A DNA stretch of 64,000 nucleotides from Candidatus Poribacteria bacterium (GTDB lineage Bacteria; Poribacteria; WGA-4E; WGA-3G). Within the stretch, counting starts at the first letter, position 1, and every line of letters begins with the position of its first letter. The position numbers and the translations under genes were made by a program. The notes below the pieces were generated by a model. It had not been told where the DNA came from. It worked only from the letters and a program-made list of their open reading frames with translations, and did not search any database. Positions 10,449-20,472 of the stretch are shown here, piece by piece. The stretch lies in contig OZ240248.1 of NCBI GenBank assembly GCA_965198235.1, positions 4,384,001-4,448,000 of the forward strand, given 5' to 3'.

Positions 10449-11378
10449 ATGAGCAAGCGAAAGCCTGAAAAGGTGAATCTTTCAGAGTATCCACTGCTTC
10501 AGATAATAGGACAGACACCGCTCGCCAAAATAGATCTTTTTTCAAACGAGTTGCCGAACGTTGACATCTACGCGAAGATGGAAACCTACAACCCCGGAGG
10601 CTCGATCAAAGACCGACCGGTCTTAAGGATGCTCACCGAGGCAATCGCATCGGGAGAACTGACACGAGAAAAGGTTATCCTCGACTCCAGCTCCGGCAAC
10701 GCGGGGATCGCCTACGCGATGATAGGCGCAGCACTCGGCTATAAAGTTGAACTCGTGATCCCAGACAACGCCAGCGAAGAACGAAAAAAACGTATCCACT
10801 CACACGGGGCAGACATCATCTATACCGATGCTATCCTCGGTTACGATGAGGCGTTACGAGAAGTCGATCGGCGTTATGAAGCCGATCCTGAGCGGTATTT
10901 CTTCAAATCGCAATACGAAAATGAAAACAACTGGCGCGCCCACTTTGAAACAACGGGTGTCGAAATCTGGAACCAAACAGGTGGGAAAGTTACGCACTTT
11001 GTTGCAGGTGTAGGGACTGGTGGCACTATCACTGGTGTCGGCAGGCGGCTTAAAAACTATAACCCAGACATCCAAGTCTGTTCCATTTCACCAGAGGCGT
11101 TCCCCGGTATTGAGGGGCTCAAACCGCTTGGGCATCCGGACGACATCGTTCCAGAAATTTTGGATGAATCCGTGATTGATTGCCGGATTCCTGCGACGAT
11201 TGAAAAGGCACACGAAATGTGTAGCCGTCTTGCACAACGGGGGTGGTTCGTCGGACAATCTTCCGGTGGCTATCTCTATGGCGCATATCAAGTCGCCCAA
11301 CAAATTCAGGAAGGCGTTATCGTCACAGTCTTCAACGACCTCGGCGAACGCTATTTCAGCACAAGATTATGGGATTAA
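10449..11378 (+). CDS. PLP-dependent cysteine synthase family protein (CysK/CysM)
   Basis: NPGGSIKDR, SSGNAG, GVGTGGT. Confidence 0.9.
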   Translation: MSKRKPEKVNLSEYPLLQIIGQTPLAKIDLFSNELPNVDIYAKMETYNPGGSIKDRPVLRMLTEAIASGELTREKVILDSSSGNAGIAYAMIGAALGYKVELVIPDNASEERKKRIHSHGADIIYTDAILGYDEALREVDRRYEADPERYFFKSQYENENNWRAHFETTGVEIWNQTGGKVTHFVAGVGTGGTITGVGRRLKNYNPDIQVCSISPEAFPGIEGLKPLGHPDDIVPEILDESVIDCRIPATIEKAHEMCSRLAQRGWFVGQSSGGYLYGAYQVAQQIQEGVIVTVFNDLGERYFSTRLWD

Positions 11379-11391
11379 CCCAGGGAGCTCC

Positions 11392-12687
11392 ATGGAAACA
11401 ACAGTTATTCCGTTTCGAGGCTTACGCTACAATACGACCAAGGTGGACGGAATTGAGAACGTTATTGCACCGCCGTACGATGTCATCAAACCTGAAGAAC
11501 GGATCGCTTTAGAGGCACGCCACCGCGCCAACATCATCCGCTTAATTTTAAGTCAACCGGAAGATAATGACACTGACGGTAAGAACCAGTACACACGCGC
11601 CGCTGCACGCATGAACCAGTGGACTTCAGAGGGCACCCTCATCAGGGACACAACACCCCGTTATTACATCTATGACCAATCCTTTAATGCCCCTGACGGG
11701 AAAAATTATACGCGCCGTGCCTTAATAGCACTCGTAAAACTGGAACCTTTTGAAAATCGGGTGATCCTACCGCACGAAAAAACACACGCGGGACCGAAGG
11801 CGGATCGACTCAATCTCATGCGGGAATGCCACGCAAATCTTAGCCCCATCTTCCTCCTCTATGCCGATCCCGCCGGGGATATCGAACGGATAATGGATAG
11901 TTTCACCGATAAAAATCAACCCCAGATCGACTGTGCCGAAACGTTTGGAAGCACACACCAACTATGGTGCTTAGACGACACAGAACGCAACCGTGAGATT
12001 CAAGCCATCTTTTCAACAACACCGCTCCTAATCGCCGATGGACATCATCGTTATGAAACTGCCCTCGCCTTTCGAGACGAAATGGTTCAGAAGACATCAA
12101 ATGGCGCGTCCTCCGGTTACGACTACATGATGGTGAACCTCGTCAGGATGGAATCACCCGGTTTGGCGGTTTTAGCGATTCATCGACTCCTGTCTAACCT
12201 CAACGCAGATCGGATCGCACACGCTATCACTAAACTGCCAGAGGTGTTTGAGGTGCATGAAATTGAGACACAAGCGAGCCTCATGGCAAAATTAGATAGA
12301 CTAAAAGGGAAATCTTCCGGAGTTGGCATGTACACAGCAGACGATACCTACCGCCTGCTGATTCCGTATTCAACCACACCGAAGCAATTGGATGTAACGC
12401 TTGTTCAAGAAACCCTCATCAAAAATCTATTTCAGATTGAAACACTGGCGGAACACATCAGTTACACCGCCTATGCAGATGATGCCGTTACACACGTGAA
12501 AGAAGGAGCAGCCCGCGTCGCACTCCTGATGAATCCGACACCCGTTGAACAGGTCTTAGATGTGGCTATGGCAGGATCAACCATGCCACAGAAATCCACC
12601 TATTTCTATCCGAAGATGGCAACCGGATTCGTCTTAAATCTGTTGAACGAGTCGTATCACAAACGTCCGAGACGGAATAACTTTTGA
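11392..12687 (+). CDS. DUF1015 family protein
   Basis: PPYDVI, PHEKT, IADGHHRYETA, MPQKSTYFYPK. Confidence 0.9.
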   Translation: METTVIPFRGLRYNTTKVDGIENVIAPPYDVIKPEERIALEARHRANIIRLILSQPEDNDTDGKNQYTRAAARMNQWTSEGTLIRDTTPRYYIYDQSFNAPDGKNYTRRALIALVKLEPFENRVILPHEKTHAGPKADRLNLMRECHANLSPIFLLYADPAGDIERIMDSFTDKNQPQIDCAETFGSTHQLWCLDDTERNREIQAIFSTTPLLIADGHHRYETALAFRDEMVQKTSNGASSGYDYMMVNLVRMESPGLAVLAIHRLLSNLNADRIAHAITKLPEVFEVHEIETQASLMAKLDRLKGKSSGVGMYTADDTYRLLIPYSTTPKQLDVTLVQETLIKNLFQIETLAEHISYTAYADDAVTHVKEGAARVALLMNPTPVEQVLDVAMAGSTMPQKSTYFYPKMATGFVLNLLNESYHKRPRRNNF

Positions 12688-12697
12688 AGGTGAAACG

Positions 12698-13738
12698 ATG
12701 TACCACGAACACGAACGAGATACCTTAGCATTTTCGCATCAATTATATGCAGAGACACCTCGTCAACTCGCATTTCAGGCGACGAGTATTGCAGGAGCAG
12801 AAGTCTGGCAGCGCGAACTGCGGGCAAAACTTATCGAATTAGTTGGTGGTTTTCCGCAGGAAGCATGCGATCTACAACCGCAAGTTCTGGACGCTTGCGA
12901 ATTTCCTACTTATTTCCGCGAGACAGTGCAGTTTCAGAGTCGTCCACACGCTGCTATTTTCGGGTACTTCCTTTCTCCGAAGCCGCTCGATAGTTCAACC
13001 CCGAAGCCAGCGATTCTCTGTTTAGCGGGCCACGGGCGCGGTGTAGATGACATCGTCGGGATTGAGGAAGATGGCACCATGCGATCAGAATATGGCGGCT
13101 ATCAGAACGACTTCGCACTCCAATGTGTGGCAAACGGGTACACCGTGCTTGCCATTGAACAGTTCGGGTTTGGTCACCGACGGGATCCCATCGCTCATCA
13201 AAAGGGTGGCGGGAGTTCCTCGTGTCAACCGAGTGCGGGTGCTGCCCTACTCTTAGGTCACACGATGGTAGGTTGGCGGGTTTACGATGCGATGCGCGCC
13301 TTTGACTATCTGGCGACTCGTCCAGAGGTCGATATGAATCGTCTCGGCGTGATGGGCATCTCTGGCGGCGGCACAACAACCTTCTTCACTGCTGCAATTG
13401 ATGAACGTGTCAAGGCGGCTATTGTGAGCGGTTACTTCAACACCTTTCGGGATAGCATCCTGAGCCTCAGCCATTGTATAGACAACTACATACCGAATGT
13501 GCTACAATATGCTGAGATGTATGACATCGCGGGGTTGATCGCACCGCGCGCCCTGTTTGTTGAATCCGGAACGGAAGACACGATTTTTCCGATTGAAGCC
13601 ACCCGCTTCGCGGTTAATGAAGCAAAATCAATTTACAAATGCTTCGATGCCGAAGACAAGATAGGACTTGAAGTATTCGAAGCGGGGCATAGTTTCCACG
13701 GTGTCGGTGCATTCGAGTTTCTCAAAGGGGTCCTATAA
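12698..13738 (+). CDS. Alpha/beta hydrolase (dienelactone hydrolase/acetyl esterase-like)
   Basis: GISGGG nucleophile elbow, D and H catalytic residues. Confidence 0.85.
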   Translation: MYHEHERDTLAFSHQLYAETPRQLAFQATSIAGAEVWQRELRAKLIELVGGFPQEACDLQPQVLDACEFPTYFRETVQFQSRPHAAIFGYFLSPKPLDSSTPKPAILCLAGHGRGVDDIVGIEEDGTMRSEYGGYQNDFALQCVANGYTVLAIEQFGFGHRRDPIAHQKGGGSSSCQPSAGAALLLGHTMVGWRVYDAMRAFDYLATRPEVDMNRLGVMGISGGGTTTFFTAAIDERVKAAIVSGYFNTFRDSILSLSHCIDNYIPNVLQYAEMYDIAGLIAPRALFVESGTEDTIFPIEATRFAVNEAKSIYKCFDAEDKIGLEVFEAGHSFHGVGAFEFLKGVL

Positions 13739-13752
13739 ATAAGGAGAGTAGA

Positions 13753-14544
13753 GTGGCAATTGAACTGTTTTCGATCGGCACAGAATTAGTTCTTGGACAG
13801 ATTCAGGACACCAACGCGCACTGGATTGCACAGCAAATCCTCCAGATTGGTGGAGAACTACGGCGAGTCACCATGCTACGCGACAACCGAGATGAGATGT
13901 CCGAGGCATTGGATTCGGCAATAGAACGGGAAACATTGCTTATTCTCACAACAGGTGGACTCGGACCCACACCCGACGATATGACCGTTGAGGTGGTCGC
14001 TTCACTCATCGGCACGAAATCCGTAGTGAACGAAGAAACTATCGCTGAGTATCGGAAACGCCGCGAGATGTCAGAGAACGATGTCCTGAACGAAGCACTC
14101 ACAAAAATGGCAACTGTGCCGGAAACGGCTGTCGTTTTGCAGAACCCCGCAGGATGGGCACCCTGCATCAGCGTGGCACACAAGTCTTCCACAATCATGA
14201 TGATGCCTGGTCCACCCCGCGAAATGAAGGCAGTTTTTGAAACGCATATTCAACCCTTGATCACAGAACGTTACCGCGCAGAAATTACCACGGCGCGGGT
14301 TCACGTCAATATGTTTGAAGCCGCAGTTTCACCACTGATGCAGAAGGTGATGGAACGCTACCCAGATGTTTATTTAAAGGCGTATGTTGCCCTCCGCAAA
14401 GCGGATGGAGATACTATGCCGGTCGATCTTGTTTCAACGAGTACGGACAAAGCGGATGCCGAAACGCAATTGCAACTCGCTACGTATTATTTCCGAGAGC
14501 TTGTTGTTGAAGCAGGAAAACGTTTTAGTTTTGAAGATGAATAA
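13753..14544 (+). CDS. CinA-like molybdopterin-binding domain protein
   Basis: IGTELVLGQIQDTNA, TGGLGPTPDD, PGPPREM; no PncC domain. Confidence 0.85.
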   Translation: MAIELFSIGTELVLGQIQDTNAHWIAQQILQIGGELRRVTMLRDNRDEMSEALDSAIERETLLILTTGGLGPTPDDMTVEVVASLIGTKSVVNEETIAEYRKRREMSENDVLNEALTKMATVPETAVVLQNPAGWAPCISVAHKSSTIMMMPGPPREMKAVFETHIQPLITERYRAEITTARVHVNMFEAAVSPLMQKVMERYPDVYLKAYVALRKADGDTMPVDLVSTSTDKADAETQLQLATYYFRELVVEAGKRFSFEDE

Positions 14545-14653
14545 CAGACGGACGCTGGAAGTCCGTCAATCTGTGGATGTTTTACTGTGTATCGCAGTGT
14601 GAAGTATCCATACTTCGCACCGTTTACCGTACCCCAAAAAGGAGATTTATACC

Positions 14654-15013
14654 GTGAATCGCAGACCTTCAGGAAATACAAGGAGACCGCAAACGCGGCG
14701 GCCTAACCCGAAACGGAAGCCAAAACCTAAGAAACGACGAGATGCTGATGTCAACTTGGATACGGAACCCCAAGCCGAAGGCGAAGAGCAAACTCCCTCT
14801 AAAAAGGATAAAATAGAGGTGGAAGGCACCGTCGTGGAACCCTTACCCAACGCGATGTTCCGTGTGGAATTGGAAAATAAGCACCAGATTCTGGCACATA
14901 TCTCCGGCAGAATGCGAAAATTCTTCATCAAAATTTTGCCGGGCGATAAGGTGACTGTGGAACTCTCCCCTTACGATCTCACAAGGGGACGTATTACCTA
15001 TCGGAAAAAGTAG
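14654..15013 (+). CDS. infA: Translation initiation factor IF-1 with an N-terminal extension
   Basis: [22 protein letters not shown]...[15 protein letters not shown]; AAGGAG RBS before GTG 14654. Confidence 0.95.
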   Translation: MNRRPSGNTRRPQTRRPNPKRKPKPKKRRDADVNLDTEPQAEGEEQTPSKKDKIEVEGTVVEPLPNAMFRVELENKHQILAHISGRMRKFFIKILPGDKVTVELSPYDLTRGRITYRKK

Positions 15014-15141
15014 TTTCCGAAAAGACTTGTAGGCGCGGTTTCCCGCCGCGCAACGGTCCTTGATTTTCGTAAGTCCGAACACCTTCAAAGCACATCCTGT
15101 TTACAAAGCCGCTTTACCCCCTTATACTACAGGAAATTCCG

Positions 15142-15957
15142 ATGAAACCTGCCGCATTAATCCACGTCAATACCGCCGATGAAAAGGAAGCAACCCGACT
15201 CCTGGAGGCTATTGAAGCGAAGCACAGGCAGGTAGAAGAACTCACAATAGCAATCGAGACGCTCAAGTCAGAAGTCGACGTATTTGAGCGACGCTACAAC
15301 GCACATATCAGCCGATACTACCTCGAACTTGATAAAGTTGAACTCGAAATGAAGGAGTATCGTCTCCGCCTACAACTGCGCCGCGAAAGCGTGAGTGAAG
15401 AAGAGATAGAAGCGCGGGTGGAATCGTGTTTCAGGGCGAGTCGCGCGCGTGTTGACGCATACGAGGAGGTAAATGAATCAGAACCAACGCCTCAAGAGGA
15501 TAAACTTCCTGACACCAAAGCGAAGCACCTACAAAACCTCTACCGCAAACTCGCTAAACGGTATCATCCGGACAAGGCTATGGACACCGAGGAGGAGGAA
15601 CGCCGAGAACAATTAATGCCGCTCATTAACCGAGCCTATAACGAACAAGACATTGAGACCTTAGAGCGGTTAAGCCTCGGCGAAACAGAACTACATGTCC
15701 CTGAAGAAGCGGCTCCTGAGAAACGAAGAGCACTACATACGGAATTGCGAAGGCTTAACCGAGCCGCGAGCCAATTGCGATTTGAGATAAACCGACTCAA
15801 GACGGGGCGCACCTATCAACTGAAACAACAGATAGAAAGTGCCAAAAAAACGGGTACAGATCTGCTTACGACTCTCGCCAAGGACTTAGAGCGAAAAATC
15901 AAGGCAAGCCGAGGCCAACTCGCACGCCTCATTAATATGTGGCACCGTGCACAATGA
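15142..15957 (+). CDS. Coiled-coil protein with a central J-domain
   Basis: LYRKLAKRYHPD...INRAY. Confidence 0.8.
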   Translation: MKPAALIHVNTADEKEATRLLEAIEAKHRQVEELTIAIETLKSEVDVFERRYNAHISRYYLELDKVELEMKEYRLRLQLRRESVSEEEIEARVESCFRASRARVDAYEEVNESEPTPQEDKLPDTKAKHLQNLYRKLAKRYHPDKAMDTEEEERREQLMPLINRAYNEQDIETLERLSLGETELHVPEEAAPEKRRALHTELRRLNRAASQLRFEINRLKTGRTYQLKQQIESAKKTGTDLLTTLAKDLERKIKASRGQLARLINMWHRAQ

Positions 15958-16172
15958 CCTTGCAATGTCCAAAATAATTTATAGGCGCGTTTTTCGGAGT
16001 CTAATTTTTTTCGATCAGACGGCACAAGTTCCTCCCTACAAATGCCCCGTTTTGGTCGTGTCTATAGTTTTCATCACATTATATTTAGTCCCAGCGGGAC
16101 GACAGGTGTATAGAAACGCCGTCACCCCGAAGAATAAAGCCCCAGCGGGGCAACAGGCGTAAGGAATCAATC

Positions 16173-16907
16173 ATGCAACTCAAAGACAAAGTCGCTATCA
16201 TCACCGGTGGAGGGCGCGGCATCGGCAGAGCCATCGCTATCGCCTACGCCGCTGAAGGCGCACGGATTGTCATCGCCGCGCGAAGCACCGAACAACTCGA
16301 TGAAGTCGCTGCAGAGATAACCGAGCAGGGCGAGGAAATCCTCACCGTGCCAACCGACTTGCGAATCCCTGCGGAAGTGGAAAACCTCGTTCAGAAAACC
16401 GTAGATCGGTTCGGACGGATAGATATCCTCGTCAACAACGCCGGTATCAATCCAAGGGGTCTATTTTTGGATAGCACCGATGAAGAATGGGAACAAGGCT
16501 GGCAGATTAATGTCATGGGTGTTGTGCGTTGCTGTCGCGCCGTGTTGCCAATCATGAAACAGCAGGGAAACGGAAACATCATTAACGTCGGCTCCGGCAT
16601 GGGACAGGTTGGACATGCGAACCTCAGCGTCTATTGTGCATCGAAAGCGGCGTTGCACGGGTTGACCCAAGCGATCGCTGAAGAGGTCTGGGAGGATGGC
16701 ATCATCGCGAACGTGCTTATCCCCGGTCCAGTGAGAACCGAACTCTCAAAACCAGCATGGGAAAACGCGGGAACTTTCAGAGCGCAAAGCGATCCGTGGA
16801 AAGAGCCGGAGCAGGTTGTGGCATCGGCACTGTTCCTCGCGGCGCAGCCGCCTGCGAGCGGCATGACAGGTCAGATTCTCAGCATCATGCGTCGCAACAG
16901 TCCGTAA
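16173..16907 (+). CDS. SDR family oxidoreductase
   Basis: TGGGRGIG, NNAG, YCASK. Confidence 0.92.
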   Translation: MQLKDKVAIITGGGRGIGRAIAIAYAAEGARIVIAARSTEQLDEVAAEITEQGEEILTVPTDLRIPAEVENLVQKTVDRFGRIDILVNNAGINPRGLFLDSTDEEWEQGWQINVMGVVRCCRAVLPIMKQQGNGNIINVGSGMGQVGHANLSVYCASKAALHGLTQAIAEEVWEDGIIANVLIPGPVRTELSKPAWENAGTFRAQSDPWKEPEQVVASALFLAAQPPASGMTGQILSIMRRNSP

Positions 16908-16932
16908 GGCATAGGCACTAAACGCCACGCTG

Positions 16933-17677
16933 TTACAACGGGAACGTAACGCGCCGTCCCTCCTGGGCAGAACGATATGCTCCTAAAACCATCTCTACTG
17001 AAACCCGTCCATCCTCCACTGTGACATCGGGTTCTGTCCCGTTCTTCAGGCAGTCAATAAATGGTCGAGGCACACCGCCAATCCGTTCCCCGTGACCCTC
17101 CGGAATTGGGATACCCAAGTCCTTCCATGAGGGTTCGTCTCGCGTATACAATTTGAGAGCGACAGCATCTGCGGATCGAGGGATATTGCACGAAGGTGCA
17201 TCGCCATAGTTCTGAATTACCACGCCTTCATCGCCATAGATCTCGGTCGTATTCTCACCAGCGAGTGTTACAAATGAGTTCTTTCATTGCGATGTTTGCT
17301 GGATCTCGCCGCATCTGATAACCCATCATAAATTTCACACCCGTTTTCTCGACGACCTCGGCAATACGATCGCAATCTTCCAACGTAAGTGCCATCGGTT
17401 TTTGGCAGAGGATATCCTTTCCTTCCGACGCGGTTGCCACCACCATCTCCGCGTGCCGATTCGTCTCACACGTCACGATAACAGCGTGAATCTCCGGATG
17501 GTTGATAACATCTTCAAGATGGGGAGAGTAACGCATGCCGTATTGTGTTGCCGCGGCTTCTCCACGTTCAACGTTATCGTCCCAACACGCAACGAGTTCA
17601 ACATCGTCAAACGCCTGCATCTGGTTGCAGTAAGCGTTGGTGTGTCCATGTGCAAAACTGATTATGCCGATACCAAC
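16933..17677 (-). pseudogene. Gfo/Idh/MocA oxidoreductase, start lost and internally deleted
   Basis: VGIGIISFAHGH...ILCQKPMA N-domain; frame break at about 17272; C-terminal part AGENTTEIYGDEG...GRRVTFPL. Confidence 0.8.
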
Positions 17678-18003
17678 GCATCAACGCTGTTAAGCGAATG
17701 AGTCTCAATCAAACGCATTGAGTCCCAGACAAGTGGATCCGGAACCGGAATCGTTTTGAAATCTGATTGATTGTCAATTACTTCATAATTAAAGTTAATC
17801 CCTGCCTGAGAAAAATCGAGATTCGTGATTCGCCCATCATTTTTCTTCCTCACGCAAATCCAAAACAGTTCAATGATACCTAAAATCAAGCACATCATGC
17901 GGTTCAATGGAACATTATTGAATAGGAAATTGACCTTATCACTACCGATCTCTTGGGTATACCTCTTCACAAGGGCACTGGCATCAAAATAGAAATAGTA
18001 CAT
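17662..18003 (-). pseudogene. PIN-domain (VapC-like) toxin, C-terminally truncated
   Basis: YFDASALVKRY..E.GS and LNSVDAL; the ORF ends right after DAL, fused onto the oxidoreductase remnant, without the final SD motif. Confidence 0.75.
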
Positions 18004-18005
18004 AC

Positions 18006-18332
18006 CTACTTCTCGCGTTCTGCAATAATTGCGCGGCTAAACTCGTTATCTTCAGCACGAATACCGTGCTGCGCCATGCGCGCTTGCAGTTCTTCGGCAG
18101 GAATTGGTTCACCGGAAATTTCCATTTTCTCAAACATTTTATGGACAATTTTGGCATTTTGCTTCTTGTTTCGTCCGTAATACGCCATTACCTCTTCACC
18201 TGTTTTGTAATCCTTCGGAGGGTTCGGCACTAACGCATCAACAAGTCCGGAAAGCTGGAGATTCACTTCTGCAACTGCCTGCTCCAACCGATCCAAACGC
18301 TGGGTAATAGTTTCGAGCGTCTCTTTTGCCAT
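18006..18332 (-). CDS. Putative antitoxin partner of the PIN toxin
   Basis: Small gene directly upstream of PIN, ending FSRAIIAERE; GAGGAG RBS. Confidence 0.65.
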   Translation of the reverse strand: MAKETLETITQRLDRLEQAVAEVNLQLSGLVDALVPNPPKDYKTGEEVMAYYGRNKKQNAKIVHKMFEKMEISGEPIPAEELQARMAQHGIRAEDNEFSRAIIAEREK

Positions 18333-18481
18333 CGTAAAACTCCTCTATCTTTCCCGAAATGGCACAAACTAACAGTTTATGCTACAACGAATCTACTTTT
18401 CTAATGCTTGCTTTTATCTTTACACGGAACTCATGTTATTAGGATACCACATAAATCAGCGGATGTCCCATCAACACACCC

Positions 18482-20134
18482 TTACTTCTCCAAAACGATC
18501 CGAATCTCCGAGTCTATACCGTGTCCACCAAAACCCACTTTAGCAGAAATCGGACCGAGAGACTCCAGTGGAAAGAGATTTTCTGTGATACGTTGTGTCA
18601 CTGCTGCATCCAATTTCTGTCCTGAAAGAGAACCAAGCACCGTTATGATCGGAAGGAAACGCTTCAATTCCGGCACAAACAACTCCGGTTGAATAAACGC
18701 CTGAACACCATCTGCACCTGCGGAGAACGCTATATCCTCCAAAACAGGAGCGTTACCTGTGGTCGTATCAATCACAGACTTCAAGCCCGCCAGTGTTGTA
18801 CCCAAAACGAAATAGTCGTTAATGATTGCATATCCGCCCGTAACCGCTAATAGAAAATTGAGACGGAGCTGCACGGGCTGCAGTGTGATACCTTTGTAAT
18901 CCTGCGGTTCAAGGAATTCGAGTGGTTTGCCGGCAATTAAGGGCTTTCCCTCCTTCACGATTCCCAAAACTGCGTTTAATACATCCGGAGCCTTCGCATG
19001 AGCCAGCAAAACCAATGAAGGCACGACCGATACTTCACCCGGATCGGGAGCAACTAATAAGACAGTTAAGTCCGAGCCCAAAACTTCGGAGAGATCTATA
19101 TTGCCGAAGAGTTCTCGCATCTGATTCGGAATGGTCAGTGAAGCAACAAAGGCAGTACGTTCGGGAAAAGCAAGGAACGGTTTCGAGTCATCCGCAGTTG
19201 GAAGATTAGAACGGCTGGTGTCAATACTGCTTCGGAACCGATGTCGTGACACAATCACGCCTTCTTCATATCGGTTGCTAAACGCCCACGATCCTGAATC
19301 CCCAAACAACCCCAAAATTTGTTTAGCAAGCACATCGGAACTCATAGTATCCAATAAAGGAGCAAATTGCTGCAAATCTACATACCCAATGCTTTTGTCC
19401 TGATGATAATCGTCCTGTATCTCCACCGCCATCGGATGCTCAGCGAGAAATCCTTGCTTTTTCGGGTCAGTTTTTGTGCCAGAAAGCCCCGTATAGAGGT
19501 CAAGCGTCTCAACTAATAACAACGGGTCGAGGCTTAAGATGCCTATTTTTCCGATGAAGGTATAACTAAAATTGCGTGGATACCCTATAATGGTATTAAT
19601 CGTGAACTCGCCGTAATCGGATTGGAGACGCTCGTATTTTGGGTTGATCGCATCCGTTGCTGTAATCGCTTCAATGCTCAGTTTCTCCTGCGCTCCCACC
19701 GCAGTGATGAGCAGAAACGAGAGTTCTCCTTCACGTCGATAAAGCGTAAGGATGGCTTCCTCCCCAAAATAGCCGGTGATCGTCTTCAGGTCAAGTTTCC
19801 CACCCATCTCGAATTCCCATAGCTGCTTCTGATAGACGAGTTGTTTCCACCATCGCTGCTTTCTAATCTCAGTGAGAAGCGGCATTTTAGCAGTCTGCTT
19901 TCCCAACTCACTACGATTGAAGGTTTCTACCAAGCCTTTCAACTCCTTGAGCGTCAAATAACAAATTGGAGATTTCGGGAGAAGCGTGATAAGATGCTGT
20001 TCCGGTTCCCACAACGCGGTCCGGTGATAGATAATGGATAGCAAAATGATAACCCCAATAAGAACGATTAGGCTGATGAAAATGATTCTTTTAATTATTC
20101 CTTGCGGTTCGGTCAGGTGGGTTAAAACATTCAC
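18482..20134 (-). CDS. Membrane-anchored hypothetical protein (DUF3352-like)
   Basis: 550-aa ORF with an N-terminal TM helix and ITLLPK motif; the start lies inside a repeat element. Confidence 0.7.
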   Translation of the reverse strand: MNVLTHLTEPQGIIKRIIFISLIVLIGVIILLSIIYHRTALWEPEQHLITLLPKSPICYLTLKELKGLVETFNRSELGKQTAKMPLLTEIRKQRWWKQLVYQKQLWEFEMGGKLDLKTITGYFGEEAILTLYRREGELSFLLITAVGAQEKLSIEAITATDAINPKYERLQSDYGEFTINTIIGYPRNFSYTFIGKIGILSLDPLLLVETLDLYTGLSGTKTDPKKQGFLAEHPMAVEIQDDYHQDKSIGYVDLQQFAPLLDTMSSDVLAKQILGLFGDSGSWAFSNRYEEGVIVSRHRFRSSIDTSRSNLPTADDSKPFLAFPERTAFVASLTIPNQMRELFGNIDLSEVLGSDLTVLLVAPDPGEVSVVPSLVLLAHAKAPDVLNAVLGIVKEGKPLIAGKPLEFLEPQDYKGITLQPVQLRLNFLLAVTGGYAIINDYFVLGTTLAGLKSVIDTTTGNAPVLEDIAFSAGADGVQAFIQPELFVPELKRFLPIITVLGSLSGQKLDAAVTQRITENLFPLESLGPISAKVGFGGHGIDSEIRIVLEK

Positions 20135-20186
20135 GTTCTCCTCCGTCCATCCGCCCTCCGCTACGCTTACGGGCTACGGTTTTGGT
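20095..20186. mobile_element. 92-bp TTAA-flanked miniature element
   Basis: TTAA at both flanks; homologous 92-bp copy at 44365-44456 and a variant at 44500-44627. Confidence 0.75.
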
Positions 20187-20472
20187 TTAACATTTCCAAG
20201 ATAAAAGAAACGTTGTAGGAGCGAGTTTTATTCGCGATTTCCCTGGGGCTTCACCAGAAACCCACTCGTAATGGAATAGAGAGCACCCCAGGTGCCCATA
20301 ATTTAAAAATTGTCATTTGATTATATCACACCTCGTTTCGGTAGACAATCAAATTGATGAGAGATTCGGTATGCTTCTGAAGCGCGATCGCAGTCTGTCC
20401 AGCCGCAGCCGTAAAAAACTTGCCTGAAGCGAAAAAATGATGTAAAATATTAAAGTTATTTCTTGAAAGAGG

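Noticed and set aside
15960-16085. Possible MITE after the J-domain gene
   Set aside because: TIRs are too degenerate and no TSD could be identified.
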